From the NCBI GenBank assembly GCA_025201805.1, contig MU619237.1, positions 519,195 to 583,194 of the forward strand: a stretch of DNA of 64,000 bases. Reading direction: 5' to 3'. A program made the position numbers and the translations under genes. Positions 13,713-25,130 of this stretch are shown piece after piece. This DNA comes from Parasitella parasitica NRRL 2501. Lineage: Eukaryota > Fungi > Mucoromycota. Each line of letters opens with the position of its first letter. The stretch's first letter is position 1. The notes below the pieces were generated by a model. The model was not told where the DNA came from, did not search any database, and saw nothing but the letters and a program-made list of their open reading frames with translations.

Positions 13713-14482
13713 ATTTATTGACTTTTTTGTCGTATTGGTCAGGACACAAAAGAAGAGATGTTGGAACTGACAGTGAAAAAAATTATAGATGTCTCTCCAG
13801 TGGCTTGGGCTAATTTCAATTACGGTACAGAGTACAATGGCGGTTTCCGTATGCTTTTTATTTTTGTTTCAAGTACGCTATATGCAAACTAGATATCATG
13901 CGTAAATGATGAGCAACTGCAATCAAGTCTTCCGTATTAGATATGCCTTTTGAATGCTCTTCTATGGATGGAAATGGACAGTATTCGTTCATCAAAATCC
14001 ATTCATATTGCGGCATTCAATAAATTCCAATTCTAATTGATAGTCTTGCTACTCTCAAGTTTCCCCCCTTACTATAGATTAACTTGATCTCTCTTCTTTT
14101 ATCTCCATGAGGACTCGCCAAAAAATACATTGCAAAGGATTTTTTCGCAATTTTTTCTGAAAATGCCATGATGTGATTAGTACGCGATGATCAGGCTTAG
14201 AAGGAAAGTACGGAGACAGTGGTGGTCTAAAAGTAAAGCGAAGTAGTTTTTTACATATGTCGTTGATTCATTTTAATTGAAATATTTGGATCAAGTTTCG
14301 ATGCTTTTTTACATGTTGGTGACAATGGAAGACAAGGCAAGCTGTTTTCTTGGCTTCTTGGTAAAACCGTGGATCCCAATATTGTTCAAGATGAGCACTA
14401 TCCAAAGTCGTAGTAAACGAAAGCCTTCTTTGACAGTATAGTAATGTCCATGTCAACAAACATTGATCATTTCGCATAAAAA

Positions 14483-14715
14483 TTTTGGCTGCAGGTTGTG
14501 TTTCAAGCGTTTAATTTGCAAAGGTACTACTAGAGATTGCAGATTGTGCGAGGATAAAGATAATATTTCAGACTTGGTAGTATCTACTTCATCCAGAAAC
14601 GAAGGTATATAAAAATGGGTTTTGAGTCTGTATTATTCAGTATCTCAGCTATCGATTCATATCAAGACATACCCAAGTTACATAGTAAAATCATGCTTTG
14701 CTCTTGAAATGAAAA
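14483..14715 (+). repeat. Diverged direct repeat, copy A (transposon-like)
   Basis: ttttggct..aggttgtg, tttgcaaaggta..tagagattgcagatt, aaaa.tgggttt and atcatgctttgctc are shared in order with 15950-16185. Confidence 0.7.
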
Positions 14716-15949
14716 TAGGTGGTGCCCTCATTTACAGCCAAAAAAAAGGCTGTAAATTGAATCTCAGCACTATGTTCCCATTTGACCCAAACCAGATTCG
14801 TACTTTTTTGCATAGTTCATTTGCTAGATATCTCATAAAGTTAATAGGTATATTGGATATACGAACTAAGTATTTTATAACAAAAAATAAATTCTGTATC
14901 TAACCATATAGATTAAAAGACTATAGGAACAACTTTTCTTATTACCAATTTTCAAATATTCAAAAAACGCCATTTTTGATAGTTTTTGAGTACAATCAAG
15001 CATATTTTGAGCACATTTAGCTCTATGAAATTAACCAAATAAACCATCATGTCAATACCTACATTTTAATATTTTTTTCATGACTGTAGCTTTATTATTT
15101 CTGCTAAAAATTAAAATCTTGTCTCGACCAAATCAATCGACGAATTTCCAGCCCTACGCTTATAGGGCCAAAATGGAACCATTCAAAAGAGTAAAAAACC
15201 ACACTGTTTTTTGCCATTATCTTGCTCAAAAATTGGTATTTCTTAACCAAATAATAACCGTTCGGTAGCTATTTTGTAGATCTATGTTTTTATTGCTATA
15301 TCATGTTTATTTGAGTACCATTTATTGCTCTGAAAGTTATAAAAATAAATCAAGCCTCTGCTAAAAACATATGAAAAAAGATTTTTTTCGATATATCTAT
15401 CTAAAAATAATACATCTAGTAGAGAATCAGGTTTCAAAAAGATTTTAATAATCACTCAAGCCAAAGTGTTATAGTAGTTTGTTGAGAAACAGGCGGACAA
15501 AGTTTAACCTAAAAAGACAAAATTGGCTCAAGCTTGTCGAATTCATGCTACAATACGACATTCTTACTACCAGTAGATGCACCAACGTTTGCTTTATTAC
15601 TTTGCTTAAAAACTTGAACTTGATTTAGTAGAAAAATTTGATCCTTGTTATAGGACCATATGCTGCAAAATCTGCAAAATCTGCAAAATTTGGTTTTGGG
15701 AATATCTTGACAGCAAATATAGATATCGAGAATCGGAGGTCTTAGTGAGGTACAGTTATCATACTAGTACTTGAATGTATACTTGGTTTGGACCCCTAAT
15801 CCGTACCTAAAAATGACCCTGAAGGTTGACCCAAAGTTGAAAATTGAAAATCGAATATAAGGTTTAGGGTCCAAACATAGCAAAATCTGAAAAATGGTCA
15901 GAGATGCACAAAACTTGGATATGCTCCAGAATGGTGCAAAAAAAGAAGA

Positions 15950-16185
15950 TTTTGGCTAAAGGTTGTGTCTCTATCGCTTAATATTTGCAAAGGTATTAGA
16001 GATTGCAGATTACGCCTTTAAGCGGGGAAAAAAGGAATGGTTTAAATTGTGTACAATCCATTTTAACCAAACATGAAGCTAAATAAAATTGGGTTTCAGG
16101 TTTATATTCTACAGCATTTCAGCGATCAATTTATGTTAAGGCTTTTTAATTTACCTATTGCGATCATGCTTTGCTCGTCAGTTGA
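15950..16185 (+). repeat. Diverged direct repeat, copy B
   Basis: Colinear blocks matching 14483-14715 at an offset of about 1.47 kb. Confidence 0.7.
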
Positions 16186-16786
16186 AAAAAAAGCCGAGCA
16201 TGTGTTAAGTTTAAGACATGAAGGCTAGAAGATGCAGCTAAAGCTCTAAATTCTTGATACGCGTGAAAATTACCTTAAAAAGATCAAGGATAATCAATCA
16301 CAAGAGTGTAATATTAAGGTTTATTCTGTCAATGTAACGACGCTAGTATGATCTTGTCCATGAAAGCCAACTTCTTGAGTATTCTGTCAATTATGGCTAA
16401 TGAGCATTATCAATGCCAATGCATGAAATGTTAATGAGACTTGGCAGCTTTGCTACGCTTTGCAATCATCAAAAATAATACTCTACTCGTTTGACTATTG
16501 CATATAGTATGGCATTCATGTTCAGCTATTGCAGCAGTGTGCGATATACTGGAGAAAACGTTTAGGGAAATAATTGAACGCAGTATTCATTAATATATGC
16601 AGATTATCATGTTGAAGATGTCAAATCTTTGACCTCTTGAAATACCCAAGGACATATCGACACCTATAGACAGGTAAGATCGTATGAAAGATGGTCACAT
16701 ACTACACGCGATAGGGATAGAACAGACTCTGAGTCTTTGTTTCATCATGTTGCGCGTTTGATGTTGATTGTTCAGAAAAGTGCATA

Positions 16787-19554
16787 ATGGGAAAAGCATT
16801 CGAGAATCTTGTTCGAGATATTCAGAGCAAGCTGCATATTCTCTTTCTCAAAAAATCTGACAGCAATCCTGGAAGGTCAGCAATGATCGAAGCAACCAAG
16901 ATCCCATGGTAAGTATGCACAATTTTTGACAGCTTGAATCCTAAACAAGTATGTAACAGGTCCTGGGTTGCTGTGAGCATTGCAAACGTGCTCTCGGAAT
17001 ATCCAACAGGGTTAACGGATACTGTGCTTTTGTCTATGTTGGAACTGATGGTAATTGAATCAAGCAGACACAAGCTACTACAGTAATTGCATTGATTGTA
17101 ACACTCTTTGTGCAGTGGGAAAAGACATTTATTAAGCGATTCAAAGGGTTCGATAAGAGTAATAATACGTCGATTGAACTATGATGAAATGCTAAATCAA
17201 CGCAAACGGTATCTAGGCTTCAGCACAATCCAAGCAGTCTATGATACAGCATTTGCAGAAACGCTTATTTTAGAAGTGAAGACAGTCTCCTGGGAGCTGA
17301 TAGAAGGCGCCAAAAATTATATCCTTTGATTATTTGTAGATCTCACCTCCTATTTTTTATATTAACATATGCTATTGCTCCTTAACTGACATTTCTAACC
17401 ACATCAAATCACTGTGACAGATGAAGCAAAGAATCGTGAATTAGACATTTATATGCATCCCAAATTCAATGAGTGGATTACTTATTCAAACGAAAACCTC
17501 CAGTTTTTCACAAATCGAAAAATACGAATAATCTGTCCACCCAAAGCCAATGCGCCAATCTTGAACAAATACAAAGATGCCAGCATTGCCAGAAGATATC
17601 GAGTCGCATCCATACCCCCAACTGAACTGCTATTGATTATGCTGGATAGAAATGACAGAACATTTGTACAGCAAGAACTTCCCCACAGGATCAAAGACAT
17701 CAGCAAATCAACCACATACCGTCTATGGCTTAAAGTAATACATGTTGAAGTGATCATACATACAACTCCTACACCCAACTTGGACCCTTCGGGGGAATCT
17801 AAATCTCAACGAACAGATATTTTTTTGGTTGACATGAGCAGCGATTCCGCGCCTGTAGTTCTGTCATTGTACGACAAGCAGACAAAACTAGCGTCCATCT
17901 TTCGACGAAACGACTATATTGGGTTATATAAACCAGTACTGAAACGAGGACCGTCGCAGGATATAGCATTCGAGTATGCCAGTGACACAGTCATTTTCCT
18001 GATGCCAGAAAAAGAAGCACAGGAGGCTTCCCTCGCAAAGATAAATTTATCAACCTTACCTAGCCAAGACGATGTTTTTTCGTACGCCACAGATCCTAAA
18101 CGAGATATTGCGGAACGTGATGAAGAGGCAAGATGCACACATCGTCTTAAACAATTTCTGCTGATTGCAAATTTAGGGATTTTTGGATTGCTCCGGTTAT
18201 ACGCAACGTATTTATGTCCAAGATCTGGTGCATCGTATGCTGAACGTGACCCTATTGGGAAAAGTTGTTGGTTTAGCAAACAATGTATGTATGTGCAAAA
18301 GGCGCAAGGGAAAAAAAAAGACATACTCACTTACGTTCTTTAGAATCCTTTTATCAAGCAGGCTGAAGGCGGGACAAGCCAAAAAATGGACCGATATGCG
18401 ATTCGCATTGCTGATCCCACAGGTAAATCAAGAAAGAAAAAAAACCAAAAAAAACACGTGTATCTATTTTTACCAAATATCTTTCGAAAGGAAGGATGGA
18501 TATTACGCTTTGGGAGGATGCTGGCCGTGATTCTCGAAAACTGAGGGTGGGGCAATACGTGTTGCTGGAGCATTTAGTCACTTCTGACAGACATGAAGCA
18601 GCGGACAAAACTATGGTGTGGTATGTAAATGGCAGCGTTGTATGCGGCACCAAGATTTACAATGGTAAGTATGTATGCGTTGAGATGAAAGATCGGGTTG
18701 GCTGACTATTGCGATACAGTTTCCACCCTGAATTGCTTAATTTCAAGCACAAATTTTCGTTCTACCATTCCATTATGGCATGCCAAAGAAAACAAAACCG
18801 ACCATTTCCAAGCCGAAGGCATGATAGTTGGATGGGAATTGTATCTAAATTCAGGGCAACAGCCTGTACTCAGCAGCACATGTCCGCAATCAAACAAAAC
18901 CGACTTTTTAGATTATTCGTTAAGTGACCGTATCACCACCATTGCTCGCAAGTAGTTTTTCTCCAATTGGCTGTACCCGCTACTCACACTCAAAATAGAT
19001 GCAACTTGTTTATTACCACGAAGTGGAAATGATTGCAAATTCTGCGGTTGTCAAATCGAAAATGATGTGGTACACATATTTAGACCTAAACCAAGCGTGG
19101 CCGATGAAAGCAATTGCAGCGCTGCAAGGCGTGGCTGGGAAGGCTGGTTAGAATGGAGCCTTGACGATGGAACAAGCATATGTAAGGTGTATGGAGGAGA
19201 GGAGGTACGAATTTGTATTATTATTAGAGCGCTCTCCTTTTGACAATAATAGCACTTCTTTATTATGATCATACAGACGTTATTGAATGTTACCACACCT
19301 CATTTTAGAGACATGTCGCACCAATCTCAAATCCAGCTATTGAACAGTGTTATAGGCACTCAGATCTTATGTTCGCTCAGTGTAAGCTTCCTTGTTAGCA
19401 TGTCTATCGAAAATTTGCTTACTTTTAAAAATTATAGGGAAGTAGTACATCCGCTTACAGGTTGGAGCAGATGACCCTATTTGAACCAACTGAACAGGAG
19501 TGCAGGTTCATTTTAGAAGCAGTGTCGAAAAAAGATCACAAAATAGAAGACTGA
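16787..19554 (+). CDS. RPA-like multi-OB-fold nucleic-acid-binding protein (CDC24_OB / Arabidopsis At3g17030-like family), about 11 exons
   Basis: 'PW|SWVAVSIANVLSEYPTGLT', 'VLSLYDKQ', 'ERDEE|GFLDCSGY', 'DITLWED', HATC..CKFC zinc ribbon, 'LEWSLDDGT'; the frame is restored through AT-AC and GC-AG introns. Confidence 0.7.
17319..17402 (+). other. U12-type (minor spliceosome) AT-AC intron
   Basis: 5' ATATCCTTT at 17319, branch site TCCTTAAC at 17379-17386, AC acceptor at 17399 or 17402; either acceptor joins the flanking ORFs in frame. Confidence 0.85.
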
Positions 19555-19773
19555 GAGAGAACTGGTCTTCTTTAGGCACTTTGAACGTGTTTTCAATGTA
19601 TCACAAAATGAACAAGGATACAGCAATATATAATATCCTCACTGCAGCATATAAAATGAGTGGGGGCTTCTGTTTTCATTTACTCTTCTTTTTGCTCTTC
19701 TTTCTACCTCTTCCTTGATATACTCGATAATCACTTTCATCCACTCTTCTCCACTATCCTTAATAAAATCACA

Positions 19774-20684
19774 ATGAAGTTCTCTCTGCTTTCTGCTGCC
19801 GGTCTTTTTGCTGCCATCAATCAAGCTGCCGCTGTCACAGTAAGGGCTATTCTTTGTTCTTATTTTCCTGATCTATAATACTCAGCGTTTTTCTGCACTT
19901 TAGATTGTTACTCCCTGGGCAAACACAGTTTGGGTAAGCTTGCTTTTCAGTATCTTGTTTTAAAAAATTCAGTATTGATACATTGTATTCAGTCTTCCGG
20001 CGGACATGGCTTGATCAGCTGGAATACTACCGCTGCTGATGCTGGCCTCAAATGCGACATCTACATGTTGAATGGTGAATTCACCAACTCCAAGTAATGC
20101 ATTTACCCACAATCAAAGTTAGACGCAGTTTTGTTAACTCTTTGTAATGTAGCATTGTCGCCCAAATCACTGATCCTTCCACTCCTGTTGACTGTAGCAT
20201 TGGCTCTTATGATGTAGGACAAATTTAATTGTGTTTTTCCAGAATGTGAGATCCTAACTCAATATTAGATGTATCCATTGAATGACTTCTCCAGTGGGTC
20301 ATACTGGATCCGCATTGGCCAGGCCTCAACTAGTACTTGGGCCTACTCCTCTCCCTTCCAATTCAATGGCACTGGCTCTGCCCGGCCTGTTTGTACGTAT
20401 CAATTTGTAATATGCAAAAATAAATATTCATGTATTCTGGATTAGCTATCGTTAGCGGTGCATCCACTGCTGCCGTTCCTACTGGTACTGCTGCTGCCGC
20501 TGCTTCTGCTTCTGTCACTGGGAAGGTCATTCCCACTGCTGCCCCTGGCGCTGGTAACAAGGTTGCCTCTGCGGGTGCCTCTCCGTCTGCTAGCGCCTCT
20601 TCATCCAGTGCTGCTGCTACAATCCCCATCAATGCTGCTGCTGTTGCCTTGGGTGCAATTGCTGCCGTTGCTTTAACACTTTAA
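19774..20684 (+). CDS. Secreted Ser/Thr/Ala-rich, probably GPI-anchored cell wall protein (Kre9/Knh1-like N-terminal Ig fold), 6 exons
   Basis: Signal peptide MKFSLLSAAGLFAAINQAAA, 'YWIRIG...WAYSSPF', S/A-rich stalk, hydrophobic C-terminus. Confidence 0.8.
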
Positions 20685-21676
20685 ATTTACCCCCCCCCCC
20701 TCCCCGTCACTCCCTCCCTCCCTCCCCCTTTCGCTCTCTAATACACAAAAACACGCATCCCTATTTTTCGTTTTACTTGCAGAATGAAACTGTACGATTA
20801 TTCACAATCTTAATTTTTATTACTATCTTATAAAGAAGTTAACATTAATACAGACATATTTGTATTATTGTATTTGTTATAAACATACATTACACAGAAC
20901 ATATTAAATTTGTACAAATGATAGTCTGCGAAGATCACCTTTACATATCACAGGAAAAGAAGTAACCATGAAACGCTGAAAGCCATCTCGCTATACTGTA
21001 CGATACAGTTACGAGGAGATTATGGGTGGCAAAAGAGACACAATGCTAGCTTTACTGCATAAGCTATTCTCTTCTTGACTGAATGTTGATTTGCCACTGT
21101 AGAAATAGGAAATAGCTAAAAGGAGGGAAGCCAAGATAAAAAGGGGCTTTAGGTTGCAGAAGGTTGATTTTCATGTTGAGCACGCACCACAACTGAAGTC
21201 ACCACACCGTATATGTAGTGTTTCATGAATGAGCCAAGCAACATGCAATGCACCTCTGAATGATTCATGACACGTTTTTTCATTGTCCAAAATTCATGTT
21301 TCAATACATGAACATATACCAATCTACTTGTTTACAGTACAGAGTCCTTCAATTTGCCCCTTTTTAGATATAGCGATGGTTTGATATATTCTGTAACACA
21401 CAATATTTGAAAGTGCAAACAGCAAATTCAGGGGATTTCAGTGTGGAAGGAGGAAAAACCCACAATTCAGAATGAATGCCTTGTACATAGAGAAACAAAA
21501 CTCTGTAAGGCTAGCGGCGTTCTGTTACGTTGTTTTGATGCAGAGACGTTTTGTACACAAACACATAAACAAAACAAAAAAAACATCAAAAAATGATGGA
21601 TTCCCCTCTTTAATGTTTCCAAGAATACTTGAATTTCTTGTATAATTGCTCTTCTCCTCATGTATTGTAGGGCTTG

Positions 21677-21680
<4 letters not shown>

Positions 21681-21710
<30 letters not shown>
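21681..21710. repeat. (CT)n microsatellite
   Basis: Directly visible in the sequence. Confidence 0.9.
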
Positions 21711-21714
<4 letters not shown>

Positions 21715-22121
21715 TTCCTCCTTTTTACCGATGAGAAATTGAAGATCTTTTTGCAACGGACACCTTATGAAGATCTCTGTTGTGCTTTATCGTTCAACTG
21801 TGGCATGATCTTGCTATAATAATAATAAAACAGATACAGGCAGATCATTTTTATGTTTATCCTTAAAAAGCTGTTTTCTTTTATTTACCTTCTCCTTGAT
21901 ATATACACATAAACAGAAAACTATCCTAACGTATATTTTTGTTTAGTGTATTTAAAACGTTCAAGTCAATTTCCCTCTGTTTTCTTCTCTTCTCTCTTAC
22001 TCCCCCCCCCCCTTCCCCTATTTTTTTGTTATTTATATAGAACTAGTTTTTTTTTTTCTTTTCTCTCTCTCTCTTCTCTGTATCATACACCCCTTTATCA
22101 CCGTTGTCAATATACATACAA

Positions 22122-24415
22122 ATGACACTTTCCTTTAAAAAAAACCTAGTTGTAAATGAAGAAGGAAAGAAGAAGAAGCAAGTAGAGAGACAATCCTCCA
22201 CCAAAACCACCGCCACCGTTTTTGGTAACAACCAAGACAACTATTTGAATGGTATTGGATCTTATGAATTCATAAAATCACTTGGAAGTGGAAAGTTCAG
22301 TCGAGTTATGCTTGCATACCACCTGGAAACGCATCAACAAGTAGCTATCAAAGTAAGAGCACTCGTAATTCGCTATACATGAATACCTCCTAAGCAAATA
22401 ATAGATTATAGACAAACAAGCCCATGATTATAGAGTCATGTCGAGATTAGTGCGAGAGATTACCATCATGGAATTGCTGCAACATGATAGTATTGTGAAG
22501 TTGTACGAGACGTTTGAAAGCTGCGATTCGCTATTTTTAGTCATGGAGTATGTTCCTGGTTGGAACTTGGATGAATACTTGCAAAAAAAGTCAGAGGGAG
22601 CACTGGACGAACACGAGGCTCGTCATTTATTCAGACAACTGGTAGCAGCTGTTGACTATTGTCATCATAAATGGGTTGTGCATCGTGATTTAAAGGTACA
22701 TTGCATAGAATCGACTGCATATAATTCTAACGCTAACATAAATGCTAGACTCCGAATATACTGATAACACCGGATGGGGATGTCAAATTGGCTGATTTTG
22801 GTCTAGGAAATCGATATGGCTTACAGAGATTGCGTACAATTTGCGGCTCCATGCTGTATTATAGTCCAGAAATTATCACTGGTCAAAAGTATTATGGTCC
22901 TGAAGTAGATTGCTGGTGCCTGGGCATCACTTTATTTCGAATGACAGCTGGATTTGAGCCATTTTCCCATGCTCACAGTAAGTCAAAGGCATATGGTAGG
23001 TGAGTGCCATACTAAACATAAATATAGCTGTAGGAGAGCTCAAAAGAGATGTATGCAAATGCAACTTTCCAATGCCGAGTACGCTAAGTCCGGCGCTTCA
23101 AGACACAATTAGAAAGTGCCTGCAAGTTGATCGCAGAAAAAGAATGACGATTCGACAAGTCTTGAAAGACGATCCGTGGTTGACAAATTTAGGCAAACTG
23201 TCCTGTCCTGTTTCAGGCTCGCCAAAGACGGTATTCGAAGAGACGATGGTAGCTGCCGATGACGAAAAAGAGAATAGAGATGAAAAAACTCGTAAACAGT
23301 TTATGAAAGACCTTGAAAGAGATTCGCAAAATCCCAATAAAGTGAAAAGAACTGTCATTTACCATCCAATCAACCCCTCGACGTATTATACAACAAAGGC
23401 AGGCTCATCTCAGTCAATCACCTCATCAAATCAGGTTCAAAACGTGGAGCTATTGCGATCTGAACTGCTGCAATCTATCAGGTCGCGTGCTCGTCGTTTG
23501 GGTATAAAATCAGCAGAGCGTTGGGAGCTGAGATCACCTGTAAAATTACTATTTTCGTCGTTACATCCACTGCCGCTTAAAAAGAAGGACCTTGCACCTA
23601 CTCCACCCAATAGATCTATTGCCGAATTAGTGCAGCGCATAGCCAAAGACCAAGTTTATCATTTTCAATTAACCAATCAGCATGTGCATGATCTGTCTCA
23701 AACCTCTCACCCACCTTCCTTGTCCTCTTCCACAACAGGCTCCTCCATTTTAAGCAGCAGCGTGGCGGATGACAGTGCATTAGCAAACATGGACGATGAC
23801 ACTGAAAGAAAGTCAAGCAGAGACGTAATGACCTTATTGAAACAAACATGTCAGCTCATGGGTATCACATATGTACAAGACTCTCCTGTATCGCTACATT
23901 GTGTGCTGACTCTTAGAAGTAGTCCCAAAAAGACACTCAACAGCACTTCATCTACATCAACCTCTACCACTCTCAAGAACCCAACAGCAGCATCAACCTC
24001 CACTTCGACAACAAGACATACGCGCAAGCATAGCCAAACAAGCAGTGTAGGTACTAATCTGGGTGCCAATATCGATGAACATCAGTCTAATAATGGGCGA
24101 TACAAGCGAATGTCTCTTCCTTTGCTCTCACATTTAACGTCTTCCATGACAACATCTTTTTTCGGCCGTGGTAAACCTCGTCATTCCATGGATGAAAGTG
24201 CAACCATTGCACATGCACAGCCTCAGCAGCAAATGAAGAAGAGGAGACAAAAAGAGGGTATTGCCATGTTCACTATTGAAATTGAAGGACACAAGAAACG
24301 AACTGATAAGGTCAGCTTGAGGTTTTCTAAACAACAAGGCTCTAGCACTGTATTCAAAATGGCTGGCGGTTGGGTAGCTGGCGTCATGGCTTTAGATGGT
24401 AAACTTGGTCGGTAG
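22122..24415 (+). CDS. CAMKL (MARK/Kin1-like) Ser/Thr protein kinase with a KA1-like C-terminus
   Basis: LGSGKFSRV, VAIK, HRDLK|TPN, DFG, CGSMLYYSPE, DCWCLG; C-terminal 'FTIEI...LRFSKQQGS..VFK'. Confidence 0.9.
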
Positions 24416-25130
24416 ATATTCATTGTGCTTTTTTTTTTTATTTTGTCATTTTAACCACACATACACATACATAATACATACATCATACACATTTTATATA
24501 AAATATGCATATTTGTCAAAATAAAATCCACCAAATGTTGCGACCATTAAAGTATCATTCTCCACACATGCAGCATGAAAATCAATTAACATGACAAAGT
24601 CACCTTCCTGATGCAGTCGACTTGATGTGTTGATACACCTTGTCTCAATAGCACCGGTTCTTGCATATCTTTTCTCACACAGTATCGGTCATTGGATTGA
24701 GTATCGTTAAAACCCCAAAACCACTAATGAATTGATCCACGTAGCGTATTATTAACCTTTTTTGGATATATTATCCAGTGTCGAATCAACGCCTTAATTT
24801 CACAAGGTTGCCAAGTATAATACAACAATAATTTATATGTAGAATAGTACCTTGTGTGGACTTTTGTAATCATCGAGCTCATACTTAAGCTTGAACAACC
24901 TTTATAATTTGTTGATGTTACATTACTTAAGAGGGGTTTGACCAAGGAAGATGGCCAGTTCAAATTTTACAAAAACTGGCAACTAAACATAAAATACAAC
25001 AGCTGCTGAAGCGAAGGCCACAAGTATTGTTTGAAGTACAACATACAATTTTTCTATTCAGTATCCTATAATTATTGAATTATCTGCTTACTTGATAGAC
25101 CTATGTCGTATAATGCAAACAAACACTCTA

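Noticed and set aside
16618-16675. ATG..TGA..in-frame segment with a splice donor upstream of the OB-fold gene (possible selenocysteine or readthrough)
   Set aside because: A good ATG at 16787 precedes the conserved region, so this is more simply a 5' UTR with a uORF and an intron; no SECIS evidence
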